NCBI GenBank assembly: GCA_048013815.1
Contig: CM106585.1
Span: 23,436,001 to 23,500,000 of the forward strand
Direction: 5' to 3'
Source: Setoptus koraiensis
Lineage: Eukaryota > Animalia > Arthropoda
DNA length: 64,000 nt
Below, piece after piece: positions 25,728-38,900 of the stretch. A program made the translations under genes and the position numbers. Below the pieces are notes generated by a model. It was not told the origin of the DNA, made no database searches, and saw only the letters and a list, made by a program, of their open reading frames with translations. The stretch's first letter is position 1. Each line of letters begins with the position of its first letter.

Positions 25728-26750
25728 CATCCAGCAACCAGTTTAGCGTCTGGTTGCCCGGTGAACTGGTGCACTGGTCGAAACTGGTGCAGTCGGCGCT
25801 GCTAGTGGGCCAGTTTTATTAATTTATTGTTGAGTGAATGGAACGAGTGGCGATTGTCGCAAAAGAAAATTATCCGATCATATCTGTGCGATGCACAGAG
25901 CGCGCGCTGTCGCACACAAACTGCATCACGCTGCATGACACAGAGGCCAGCGATCATCGCTGAGTGATGAGCGGACAGTTCGTGGCACAATGAGCGACTG
26001 GGTGCAAGCAAAAAATGAGGCCCCCATATCGCCAGTGTTAATTATTATCGGACTGGCATTTATCCATCCGATAATAATGGCGAGTGGCACGCTTCACATT
26101 GGTGCATGGGCCATGCAAAAATTGTTTTCCGTTTGGTGTGAGGCTGTCAGAGTTTGCTTGATTGGTTGTTGCAAGCGCACCACCAATCAAGCCGAGCACG
26201 ATAGCCACTGTTGGGCCGTGCTGACTGAGATGACACAAAGCAGTTATAAATTTGTGCCACTTGCCAGCAGTGATTAAATTGGCCAAATCCGTGCACGAGG
26301 CAAGTTTGTGTTTGTGTCGCTCTCTCTGCCGGCACTGTCAAGCTTGGGCGCGTAGGCCCCCCCCCCAACCGGACAAGCGAGCGTTAATGAAATGCGTTGA
26401 TAAAATGACGCTCGAGCTGTGAGAGGCCCCATTAATTGGTTGCCCGTTGGCCAGCCGTTTGCCCTGACCACCGACTGACAAGCTCGCCACCAACGCGATA
26501 CTGGCTGCCGGTGCCACCGACAACCACGATCGACCGACCAACAACAAACGATTTGTACACTTGCTGTTGCTGCTGTTACAGTGCCATAGCGATATCGTGT
26601 CAACATGCATTGTGTTGCGTCACCGCTGCGGCCGCAGCCGCGGCTGTATTAATATTAATATTGGCTTGTGCGCAAATGGACACGCCATGTCAAGAAACAA
26701 ATGAAAGAGCCGGCGCCAATCAATCGGCTCGCACCATCTATCTGCTGTGC

Positions 26751-26874
26751 TGGCCATTATATCTGGCCCCATATCTGGCCTCATATCTGGCCTTATATCT
26801 GGCATTGTGTTTGGCATTGTATCGGGCATTACATCTGGCATTATATCTGGCATTATATCTGGCATTATGTGTGG
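26751..26874. repeat. 12-bp imperfect minisatellite, ~10 copies (TGGCATTATATC-like)
   Basis: Successive units TGGCCCCATATC, TGGCCTCATATC, TGGCCTTATATC, TGGCATTGTGTT ... TGGCATTATATC. Confidence 0.92.
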
Positions 26875-29140
26875 GGTCCCGGTAATGGCATGTCGATGAT
26901 GGCGCTCGTCACTCGAACATGCCCAGTAGAGTCAATGGTGCACACGGAGATGGATGCGCCAACGCAGCAACCACCAAAGTGTCCGAAATTATCCGTGAGG
27001 GGCGCCTTATCGCACCTGAGCGCTGCCGTTGGAATGGCGCCCGTCGATTGATTTCGTTGCGTTCGTTTTGTTGCGCTTTGTTTCGGTTTGTTGCGCTTTG
27101 TTTCGGTTTGTTTCGGTTTGTTTCGGTTCGGTTCGGTTTGAATGGACTCGAACGGAATGGAACGAAACGGAATAGAATGGAATGGAATTGTTGCGTTTGG
27201 TGCCGATTCGATTAGCGCATTTTCGCCTTATCTCGGCTCGCTCTGGCTCGAACTCTCTGTTTCGATTCAATTTAATTTGATTCAGCGCGCACAAACCGAC
27301 AAACAGCGCCCGTTGAAAGTTACAGCGCCGCTGCTGCCCACCGAGCCGGCACTTTTTCCAAGATCAATGCGCCGATCACTTGTGACTCGCAACTTGTCCA
27401 CTACACAAGCCGTTTTTTCTGTCTAGCCACCCTGACACAGCTTCACCTACGACAACTGGCTAGACACTGAAACAGCCAAACATTTTCTCGCCTCCAGTGT
27501 CACCTTGAGTGTCACCTTGAGTCTCGGCCCAGTCTCACAAAATGTCAGCCAGGCTCTCACCTGGACACAGTGGCGGCGAAGGTGCGTCGCAATGGCGCCA
27601 GATATCGATCGGCCGACCAGAATTGTATTAGTTGGTATATACGTCACGTTCTATCGATGAGTGGCGATCGGTTGTAATATCATCGCTGGCTTGCTAGTTG
27701 CCTGCCTCGAATGATTCGGTATGGAATCGATATAACAAGCGGCTCGTGTGTTACATCTATGTTACATCGATACGTAACATACAGCACAGGAAGCTGGCCG
27801 AGGACACACAGGCCCCAGCAGCCGAGCCAGCCGAGCTAAGCGAGCAGCAGCATCACACATTATGATGGCCCTATTGCATAATGCGCATAAAATAATACGA
27901 GACGCGAGCGTCTTAGAGGCAGTTGCTCGTCGCTAGGTACGGTGGGTCCCATACAGTGCAATTGAGTATAGTTTAGGGCAGGCATAGTTGAGGGTAAGTA
28001 CAGGGTAGTCAAGGTAGATGGTTTTGGCTGAGGGCACACGCCGAGTATCTGTGCCATTGAGCCACTGGTCACTCGCTCGCTTGCCGCGCTGCCTGGCCAG
28101 TGGCGATCGGTGAGTAGTGAGTGGCCAGTGGCCAGTGCCAAGCAAGGATCAGCCAAGCAGCCAAAACTGTGTATCGCACACGATATCAATGCTATTGAAG
28201 CTGGCCAACAATTGGGGCCCGTTCAATGGCCGTCGGATAGGGCAGGATAATACGCAATTGTTGGTTGTGTTGCGGCAAATAGCGGGGCCCAGTGCGCCTA
28301 TTTGGCATGTCTTTATAAGAGTGTCTAGATCAATTTGTGCTCTGTGCTTGTATCTGTGGCCCGGCTCGGCCCGGTGCTGTCCGGTCTGGTCTGGTTATCG
28401 AGGGGCCCGGCTGCTTATCTGCTGTTTGTGCTAATGTTACCCAGATGAATGATAATAGACACTCACTGTGTGCGTACACTGTGCCGAGGGTGCACAGGAT
28501 GAGTGCGTTGAGTAAGAATGATCATTAAAGTGCCAACTCGTTTATAACAACAGTGCCATTTGGGAACTTTACTGCTGGCTAGTTTATCCCTTTCGGGACC
28601 AATTGATCTTGTGTGTGCATTGCTTGTTGTTCCAAACTGGCCTCACACAAGCCTCACGAGCCTCACAAGCCACACTCGACCACACTGACCAGAGCTGCCG
28701 AAACTGCAAGAGCTGCCAAAACTGCAATAGCCGCTAAAACTGGCCAGCCAGCGACAACACTTGTCTCTTGGCCCCGTCGGGCCCGTTGGCTCGCATAATA
28801 ACAGCACATTGTTTACACACTTACACACTTTGCTATTCAATGCTCAATATGCTGCTCAATGATATCGTCATGTCATGTGTTATGTAATCTGTGCCCTGCA
28901 CGCTGTGCCGGCTCAATTCAATATGCACGCACTTGGCTCGACCGATTCCAATTCAATGAATGAACCAGTTCGCTTCGAATGCCGCTTGCCCGTTCGCCCC
29001 TTTGCCCCGTTTGCCCATTTCACTGTTGATTCACTGGCTCACTGAGTGCATGAGTGGCCGTGTGGCCACCGCGGCTTGGTCAGCGCGCCCAAACACCATC
29101 GACCGGCCAAATGGCATGGCCTCTAACGGACCCAAACGCC

Positions 29141-29220
29141 CGGCGTCGAACGGCCTCGAACGGCGTCGAACGGCGTCGAATGGCCTCGAATGGCCTCGAA
29201 TAGCCTCGAATGGCGTCGCA
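29141..29220. repeat. 10-bp imperfect tandem repeat, 8 copies (YGGCSTCGAA)
   Basis: CGGCGTCGAA, CGGCCTCGAA, ... TGGCCTCGAA, TAGCCTCGAA. Confidence 0.9.
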
Positions 29221-32170
29221 CGGCGGGGCAAGCTTGGCGACGAGACTAGAAACTAAACTTAGAAGCTAAGTTATTGGTGCTTCAGCCACCACAGTCAAAC
29301 ACACGAGCTCATTATAATTAAATCGGGCCCGATGAGTGGTGTCGTGTTCGCATTTTCGCACACTGTCCACTGGCGCCAACTGTCAGCCGATCGATCGGGT
29401 GTTTTCACAAAATTGATTATCATTTATTTGTTTGCCGTTTATGCGCTTTGTCAGACAAACATCCACACACTGCGCACACCTGTCGTGGCCGGCCACACAA
29501 TTTGACGGCCACACAATTTGACGGCCGGACAGTGTGACAATTTGCGCAATTGTGCACGAGTGTGATGTAATGTGGTTGCCGGTCAGCTGACCAGCCAGCT
29601 GACCAGTGACCTCTTGTGCGGCGCAAAAATGTTTTGTCGGTGGCAAAAGCGCTTGCGTTGTGCGCCGCGAGTCGCAAGAGAGTTGTGAGTGTCACTATTT
29701 GCGACAATAACTACTTAACAATGTATATCAATTTCAGATTAGGCCAGATTGGGCGCGGATGTCGCATTGTTGCCAACGATTAGCCAGGGACGCCTCAGTT
29801 AGTGCCTCATGTGAGTCGGGCTCGCGGTTGTGACTCGCCAAATGGCACTTCTCTCGTCTACTCGAGGCGGCTTGCGACGCGGCTTGTGAGGCGGCTTGTG
29901 AGGCTGCTTGTGAGAGCGCTCGTGAGACTGCTTGTGAGAGCCTGGCACAAACAGCTCGCATTGTTGTTGTTGTTGTTGTTGTTTGATTGGATTTGTCTGA
30001 TTGAATTTATGTTGCCATATTGTACGTTGTGCCTTGTTGTGCGGCCACTTGAGGCGTTTTAGTTGGGCCAAGTTGCATGATACAACATGAGCGACTCGAC
30101 AACATGAGACACTCGCCGCTCATCCGCTCATGAGCTCATCCGCTCGTCGGATCATCGGATCATCGGCTCATCGGTGGTGCTAGAGCTGCCGCTGTTGCAC
30201 AATTACCTCACCTAATTGGATAGGCGGCCCAGTGGATAGGCCCAGTGGATAGGCCCAGTGGATAGGCGGCCCAGCGAGATCAGTGGGCCGCCTAACTCAC
30301 TTGGCGCACGCATATCGGCGAGTGCTTGCGATTGGGCCAACAATGTAAGCGAAATTACAATACAAGCAGCTTGCTCTAATTGGCCAATAGGTCGCATTGT
30401 TGAGCTAACTTGTCCTTGTTGAGCATGCTACTACGAGCCGTTACATAACGCATAACACACCCTGTTGTACTGCTGCTGTGTGTTATGTAACGCGGAACAG
30501 GCTCATTTATTGATGCGCCCTACGTTTGGGCGCTTGCCCACGTTGGGGCCCATAGCGCACACGGCCCACGGTGAGCATATGAGCGCATGAGCCAATGGTA
30601 TGGCCAATGGAAATAGTATAATAAGTATAGTTATACTTATTACTTACAAGTTAAGTATGGCACCGGTGCGTCGGTTGGCAGAGGGCGCGCCTCTGTGAGC
30701 GGACCAAATTAGATTGCAGCAAGTGATAAAGAGCAACTACAAGTCGCTGTGCCGCTATGCGTCGCTATACGTCGCTATGCGTCGCTATACGTCGCTATGC
30801 GTCGCTGTATGTCGCGACTCGCGAGCCACATGGCAAGCTTGTGTGCGGCCGGCAGCGCACTTGATGATTGGGGCCCTGTTGTGCGGACATTGTGTCCGCC
30901 GAACACACTGGCCTTTTCACTGGCCCAGCTGGTCAGAAGCGAACAGTGAACAGCGAACGGTGAACAGCGGACAGCGCACAGTGCAAGCTCAAGGGTTTAT
31001 TAGACATGATGCGTCCTTGTGTGTTGATTGTGGCAAGACAGTTGGCAAGAACTGTCTGGCGCAACTAGCGAGCATTAAATCAAAACAACTACGCTTGTGT
31101 GTCTGATATGTGACAGCGATTATGTCACATGAGCTAACTCAAACTAAAAAGCGCCCGCGCTGCTTAAAGTGACACACGAATTGGCAAGAGTGGGCCCCAT
31201 GATAGATCTGACAATGGCCTCGTGTGTGTGTGTGGGAGTAAATAAGTCATTCATTAGTGCAAGCTGGCCTGGCCAGTCTGGGCCATGCCAGCACCGTCGA
31301 GATATGAGTGAGAGCCCACACACTGTAAACACACAAACAGGATATTACAGGTTGCGCCAGCGTGTGCCCGTTGAGCCGTGCCAGCGGTGCCAGCGGTGCC
31401 AGCGGTGGCGCCCGTGGAAGCCATACACTCTATGGCACTCTATGACTCTGAGGCACAGACTCTGTGCCATAGACTGTGCCAGCGACTCTGTGCCATAGAC
31501 TCTGTGCCACAGAGGCCCCAAAACGTAGAGCTCGTTTGGTGGAAGCCGTAGAGGGATTAGACATGTTATAATCTAATCTAGTTATTATTAATAACAATGA
31601 AAACTCGACAATACCGCCGGCCACTCTAGCCAGCGCACTCTGCCGGCTGGCCACTAGTGGCACCAGTAAACTACTGCCCACCACGGCCAAGCTACTGCCA
31701 TTATACCGTTATTATAAGTCTGGCCAGTTTATACCGTTATGAGTTTGTTGTTGCTGTTGTTGTTAGCGTTGTTTGGGAGACGTGCCAGTGGCAGGCTACG
31801 TGTCATTGTCAGGGATTACCTAGATTCATTGTCGTCGGTCGTCGGTCGTCGCTGGCCGCTGGACGCTGGCCGCTAGATTGTTTGCCCGTGGCCCCACAAA
31901 CCATCAGGCGGCCAAGAAAAAGTTGTGCGTGTGTGCGATGTTTACAAACAAAACAAACTGACCAGCGGGCTTGAGCCAACTGGCCCTCAGCTGGACACCT
32001 CAGACCTGCGAGGCTCAGAGCTCACGGCTTGCGCCAGTACGTGATCTGTTTGCGCGTACACTCAATTTGCTCAGCTCGCCTCTGCCGCGTGCAATTCTTT
32101 TCGCTGCTGTTCCCGCGCGATACGGCGGCGTTTTGCGGCGATACGCGGCACCAGCCAGGCGCAGCAGCCA

Positions 32171-32227
32171 AAAGAAGCGGCCGAAAGAAGCGGCCGAAAG
32201 AAGCGGCCGAAAGAAGCGGCCGAAAGA
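32171..32227. repeat. 13-bp exact tandem repeat x4 (AAAGAAGCGGCCG)
   Basis: Four identical adjacent copies, no spacers. Confidence 0.95.
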
Positions 32228-34355
32228 GGCAGAGAATTGCAAAAAGAAGCCACCGAAAAGAAGCCAACGGTGCCCACTGACGGCAGCGCTATACTGTAGT
32301 GTGCAGTTATAATGGCCACGATGGCACTGTGCGGCCAGCTCCATCGAGCAGTGACTCACAGTCTGTGAGCCAGCGAGTTGCGTAACGGACGGCAGCCACA
32401 TAACTTGGCCCATTCAGTTATGTAATGAAGGAATGCTGCCGGAATTGCCAATGGATGGCCGGCCAGCCAGTGGCCAGCAAGTGTACGTGGCTGGCCACAC
32501 AAGTGGAGCGATGACCAGTTGATCATAATCATTATTATTACAATGAGCACACAACGCACAAAATGCTATCTGTCCAACGCTTCGTCGTCCGTTATTCTGT
32601 TCGCACACACACACACACACGTTGGCCCCACAGACCCACATTTGGCCCCCCACACACACACATTTGGTCCCACGAACAACTGGCCAACTGGCCATTGTCG
32701 TTGTCTCACTTGGCTAGCTCGCCGTGTGTGTGTGTTTGTGGGCCCAGATGTGTGTCGCGGCGCCAAATGTGGGTTTGTGGGGCCAAAGGAAGCTGCGAAC
32801 GGAGCCCCAACAAGAGAAAGGGCGACAAGAAAAAGATGGGCCCAAGTTATCGGAGCAGCGCAGTCGTTCTTTGTTATGATTGTGGCCGCTCTTCTCTGCG
32901 GCTCATTGCTGCCGGTTTACTCGCCAGCCAGCCAGTTGTTATCAAGCGAGCGCTTGATTCTGGGGACCCCCAGTAAATCCAGTCACCAATTGAACTGGAT
33001 TGCCGACTGGAGTTGCCAGGCGAACGACGGCCACCATAATGACACAACAATTGAACTGGCGCAACTTACGCACGCCCACGCACAAAACAACTGCACCGCT
33101 GGTGGGCGTCTAACTGAGCCACAGTAACTATCAATAACTTGCCGCCAATACAATGAGGCCCCACGCACACGCACACACACACACGCACACACACGACACA
33201 GTCCAAACAACGAGGCTACTTGTGTGTGCGTGTGTGTGTGTGTGTCGCCGTCTAGTTTGGGTCTGATGGTATCGGCAGAGAAGCGGTGATACTATCAGTT
33301 TAAAGCATAGGCTTACTTTTGAGGAGCCCCAAACTTGCAGGCAGAACTTAGACACCGAAAATGCATAACTGCGTAATCTTGCCCAGTCTTGGCATCGCTT
33401 GTGGGGCCTAATCTTTTCGCCAGTCAAACCGATGATAACAAGCGATGATGGCGCCGGCACAGTTACACGTCGCCATCGTTGGGGGAGGGGGCTTTTGGGG
33501 TTTTGGGTGTGAGCCTCTCGAATTGTGTGTGCCAAAGATAGTTGCAGTAATTGCCGGCAAACCAACCAAGACAATGCACCAACAAGAGGCGATATTTGCA
33601 TATTTACATATTTACGCCGCCAACACTTTTATTATATATCGTTTGCGCACTTGCCACTGGCAGGGGCTAGTGGGATTTGCTGGTTAGTTGCAGAGCTGCA
33701 AGAGTGAATTCTTTTCTCTCGGAATTTTCGCCTCTTCTGTTCGAGTTGAATGAGTGGCAATTGTCGCAAACTGAGTGGCCGAAGACGAGCGGCGCGGAGA
33801 AAAGTCAAGATGCGAACTCGAACTTGAACGAATTTGAGCTGGCCATTTCGACCCACTGACACTAGACTGAACTTCAAGTGGCCATCATGTCATAAATGCA
33901 AGCTGTCAATGGCTGTTGCGGCTAGAGCTGGCTCGTTTTTGTCAAGCCACGCTTTCCAGCCCGAACAAAACTGCAAAACTGCAATGAACTGCGAGTGCCC
34001 GTTATTTGGTTGGCGTCTCGTTGTTTTATATACGCGTAGCTAGGTGTCGTTTGCCCGTGATAGCTTTTCTCCGTCGTCGTGCGCAATCAACTGCAAAAAG
34101 ACACACTTTTGTCCCACTAATTGGACTCAGTTGCAAAACGAACGCTCACACTGCCGACAGTTAGATGCACCACTCAACTGGGCCGTTGCAAACTGGGGCC
34201 AATTTAATTAAAATATCTGTCACCAGTAGGTCACAGTCTCGCAATCTCGCAATTGACGCCTCGCGACTCGTGACTCGCCAGTTTGCGAGCTGCTTCCATT
34301 CGCAACACAAGCCAATCTAATATCGTTGGGCCTCATATCGTTTGGTCAGCTCACA

Positions 34356-34424
34356 CGATATGAGGCCTGACGACATGAGGCCCGACGATGTGAGGCCCGG
34401 CGATGTGAGGCCCGGCGATATGAG
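34356..34424. repeat. 15-bp imperfect tandem repeat x~4.5 (CGATGTGAGGCCCGG-like)
   Basis: Units start at 34356, 34371, 34386, 34401 and 34416. Confidence 0.9.
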
Positions 34425-35891
34425 AGTGCAGCTGTCAGACGACAACAACTGCAAACTGTTCAAGAGAACAACTCTCTAAACAACAAACAAAAAAGATTGC
34501 CTTTTAAAAGAGATTCATGCTGGCATTACAGTGGAGATTTGTGTCCAGATTTAATCCGGATAATTTAGAGAGACCGTGCCGACCAACTGATCAAACAGTG
34601 CGCAATATGTTGCTACAAGCCAAGCAAACAGATATGATGCAACTCGATGATGCTGCTCGCCTCATGCCAGATAACTGGCAATTCTTTTAATGGTCAACTT
34701 GTCGACGCTTGCAGAGTGGCCTTCACCATGGGCCCCAGCGCGGCCGCCACTAGTCAGGGCAAGCGATTACAATGATGATGACCAGCCAAAGCCGTCTCGA
34801 ATATCACTGCACAAATGCCATTTGTATGCATCTCTGACACTATCGGACTGACAGGCCCAAAAAGTGGGCACTGCAAATTGGAATTATTCTTTATTATAGT
34901 TGCCCAGCTTATACGACACTAGCAACGTAAGTGACTAACGAGAGACACAATGAAAAGGGGCCATTTTGCTGCATCATCGCTTAGTGACAACAAGTTAGCC
35001 AAGTGTTCATGAAAATTGCCAATCTTCTCAAGTCAGCAAATTACAAACTTAGGCACGTTGGCGCACTCACGACCATACCAAAATAACTAACTATAATAGG
35101 TAGCATAGGTAAAAAGTCAATTACGCCTACGCTGGGTAATAGCGTAATAGCAAAAAGCAGCCAGTCATGAAATTAATTTTTAAAAACAAATTTGGAAATT
35201 CTCTCGTCTATTTTTACACTTGAATATATTATATCTATTTTAATATTTTGAACTTGTTGTTGGCCTCATACTTTATTCTGTCATCCTTGTTGCCACAACT
35301 GCTGCATTTGAGGTCGTGTCAGTCGTTGGGTGCGTGTAAGACCATGTATCTATGTATGTATGTATGTTGTAACTGAGACTTTGACTTGGAATAAGAAAGC
35401 TCTCGTTGTATGAGAATTGTTGTTCGCATACTGATCTGATATTAGATCCGATGTTAGATCCAATATTAGATCAGTATGCGATTAAAAGATGCAGCTCTCG
35501 TCGATATGTGAGCTCTCGTGAGCGTTAGTCGATCAAGCAAACAACTGAGTATGCACACAATTACGTAATCGAGTGTAAATTTTCAGATGAGCCTGGTGCG
35601 GGCATCATCATAAAGCTATCAACACTTCATTAGCCACTTCAACATGCCGATATGTCGCGACTCGCGAGCCAATCTGATCGCAATCTTGTTACAAGATTCT
35701 TGTATCGATGTGAGTGGCAACATAAATCATTTCATTGCTTTCAACGCTTTCTAAAGTGATCTAAATAGATGGATTCTATCGGTTGGCCTTGAAAATGAGC
35801 TGTGCACTTGTAATTTAATTAATTGTGACTCAAAAAGGTCCGAATGCAAACATTCATGCAGATATTTGCTAGCAATGCACTTCGATTGCAG

Positions 35892-35971
35892 TATGATTTG
35901 AACGAAATATGATTTGAGCGCAATATGATTTGAATGCAATTCGATTTGAACGCAATTTGATTTGAGTGCAA
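35892..35971. repeat. 16-bp imperfect tandem repeat x5 (TATGATTTGARYGCAA-like)
   Basis: Units start at 35892, 35908, 35924, 35940 and 35956. Confidence 0.9.
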
Positions 35972-38900
35972 GCGGCCAAAGATGGCAACAGACCAATGGG
36001 TTGGTATCATGACAACATACAAAATTGAATTAATTGAGCCGGCCTCGCAAAATTCATGCCAAGCACTCACTGGAATATTGCACTCGTATTGCACTCAATT
36101 GCGCTCGGCTAGCTACTATCCTTTTCGATTTTCGGCCTCATTGGCTCGGCCTAATAATAGTGCTGGCTCAGAGGTTGCTGTAAACTGTTTTGCAATCGCT
36201 TCCACAGAATTCACTTATATCCCATCACGCTTTGGCACTGCACGGGACAGGGAATGCATACATGCAAGCCAGATCTAGCAAACCACTGGCAGCTCCATTG
36301 GTAGAGGTGCAAATCCCAACCAATCATGAGTACTTTTTCAGATATTTTCAGCATTTCGCCCGTATTAGCCAGAAATGCCTTCAAGTTAACACTGCTATTA
36401 AAATAGAGTGCAGGCCAAGCCAGAGCTTTTGTCGAGCTCATGTTGAGTCATGATGGATAATGTTTTTGGCACAACTGGTTCTGCTCTTGCGCCATGCCAA
36501 TCAAACTAGCGAGCATGCATATTTGTTTTTTGGTTGCATAGAGGCAAACAGTAAACTAAACACTTCGGCTGGGCTCGCTGAAACGTTGGCCCCAAAAACA
36601 GTAGCCACAATCAAGCAAACACTGCCAACAAGCTGATTGTGGGCCCCATTTGTTCAAGCTGAGCCTCATGGCATCTCATTTTTCTTACGCTCTTTATTCC
36701 TTCAGAGAGCTGGCTGCATTTTGGCCAGATAAACAGAATTGCGAATGGAAATTGTTTCAATTCAATGCAACGTTATATTCATAAGTTGCACATGAATATA
36801 TGGCAACCGTTGAGCAATTACATACGATTGGTTGCCGAACGACAACATGCGCTCTTTTTACGAGTATGTGCCAATGTAAGGCCTCTTTCTTTTGGCCCCA
36901 TCGAACCCATTAAAATGCGGCGATCATGCACGCTCTTTTACAAATGCAATACATCAATAAATATCATCAATAAATTCCAAATGAAGCAGCCGAAACGAGA
37001 GCATCCAGCAACCATTGGACGTGATTGTGGCCAGCCGGTTGGAGCTCACCTTACTTTCAGTGCTCGTTTCTGGGCCTCATCATTCACGTTACTACGAAAC
37101 AATAATTATGTGCCTATTCGAACTGCGGATAATTCCAGCGAGGGCAGCTCGACCGTTTGATTCTCGTTGTTTTTCTCGTGACTCTCATCATGAGAGTCTC
37201 AAGAGCCAATTTGTGGGATGCTCACAGCATGGCCGATTGCCTCAAATTGTGTGCTATGAATATACAAATTGTGTGCAAATTTTAAATCATATTCGCTGTT
37301 GTTGTTGTTGGTGTCGTTGCCGCCGTTGTTGCTTCTGTCGTCAATGAAACTGACCCAAATAAACTGACCATGCTGGTCCTTCGGGCCACTGGTAATTGAT
37401 AATTTTTAATTTCGTTGCAGCAGTTAATTAGTGCACGCAAATAAACTATCTATCAAGAGAGAAAATAATCAGTTTGGCACACAAGAAATAACTGACCGGC
37501 CCCGTAATCGAGGGCTGCGTTTCCGGCCGCACTGTTGCAATGATTGTAGCTGCAGCGAATCTGTTAATAACGGCCTGCTGGGCCGAGATTGCCAGAGGTT
37601 TGGTTGGCAAGTTGGAAAAGCTTGCTTGTAGCAGACAGTTATTACAGTGAGTAGTAAGTGATTTTTTCTCATTACACTCTATATGCAGTTGGTACATTAA
37701 AATAACTGTCTGTTACATAACTATTCAGTTTATCATCGCATTGAGACATGGACGACAACGAGCGAGTATAATGATAATGACGCAATATCACACAATAGCT
37801 CGCTGAAATGTATTGTCGTGTCTTTTAAGTAGCAAGCTGCGACTCACAAATAAACACAGCAACTAATATACGCATTTATATATCTGTATATTGTGTGTGT
37901 GTGCAATATATTATACATGTTGTATATGTTATACATGGTATGAATGTCGGGCTCACCAAGGTGAATGGGGCCAGGGGGATATGGGGATATGGGGAGCGCG
38001 GTGCGGGGATATTGCCCGCGGTGATGGCCGGCCAGTGGCTTTTGATGGTTAGCAACGACGCTTCACCAAGCGATTTAACCAAAATATCGAGACGACAATA
38101 GACGTTACATAACATGTCACAACATTGCTTTACTGCTTACATTACAACAATGGCTATATTTCAGATACAACTGATAGTTACATAACTACAAAGTAGTGTG
38201 AGCCAACTGGACTGTTGTGCACTGACTTCGATTGTCAGCTTGCGATCGCCTAACTGACATGACAGTCAGCTGGCCAGATTTGATGGCATTGTTGTTGTTT
38301 CGGTGCATTAGTTCGGGCCAGCGAAAATCAGGTGAAATGTAGGTTTAAATTTGGCAAGTCAAACAAAGAAACTTAGACAACTCAATTTTGTACGGCAACA
38401 CTTTTGGTTGAGCAATGGATTTCTGTGCCCAATGCTTATTGACTTTGTTTGGTTCGGTGTCGGTTGTTAGCGACAGCGACAACAGTAACAGATCAATACA
38501 GATAAAACGACAATACCAACAACGACAATAACAACCTTCGCCAATCACAAAAGCGCCCTGGGCCTTGAATTTACTTTGCAAATTTTACTTTGCCAAATCG
38601 TCGGCGTCGTGGTCGTTGCTTGTTGCCGGTCGCTATTGCTTGCCGACTGGTGGATAAAAGTTGTTTTTATCTTGGGGCCCCGTTGTTACCGATTTACATA
38701 ATGCCCCGGAGAAATGTAGCTTGTTTGAGGCGTCATCTTTCATGAATCGACAACTGCAATCAGTTTGTTTTTGGCTTGCTCCATTTGACCTTGCCTTATT
38801 TGCATGCAAACTCGCAGGCTGCGTGCCAATCGGCGACAACTTTAATCTATCTGTCCCTTCTATCGTCTATGTATCATATAAACCGTATATCATGTAAACC

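Noticed and set aside
27050-27190. Pentamer runs including (GGAAT)-like units as centromeric satellite
   Set aside because: Only a few degenerate units (<150 bp); an ordinary microsatellite.
32171-32227. Short direct-repeat arrays as CRISPR
   Set aside because: Copies are contiguous with no unique spacers, units are too short, there are no cas genes, and the DNA is eukaryotic.
35441-35480. LDPMLDPILDQY reading, reminiscent of tarsal-less/pri LDPTGxY peptides
   Set aside because: It lacks the LDPTG(Q/T)Y motif and arises from a TTAGATC tandem repeat. No polycistronic smORF pattern seen.
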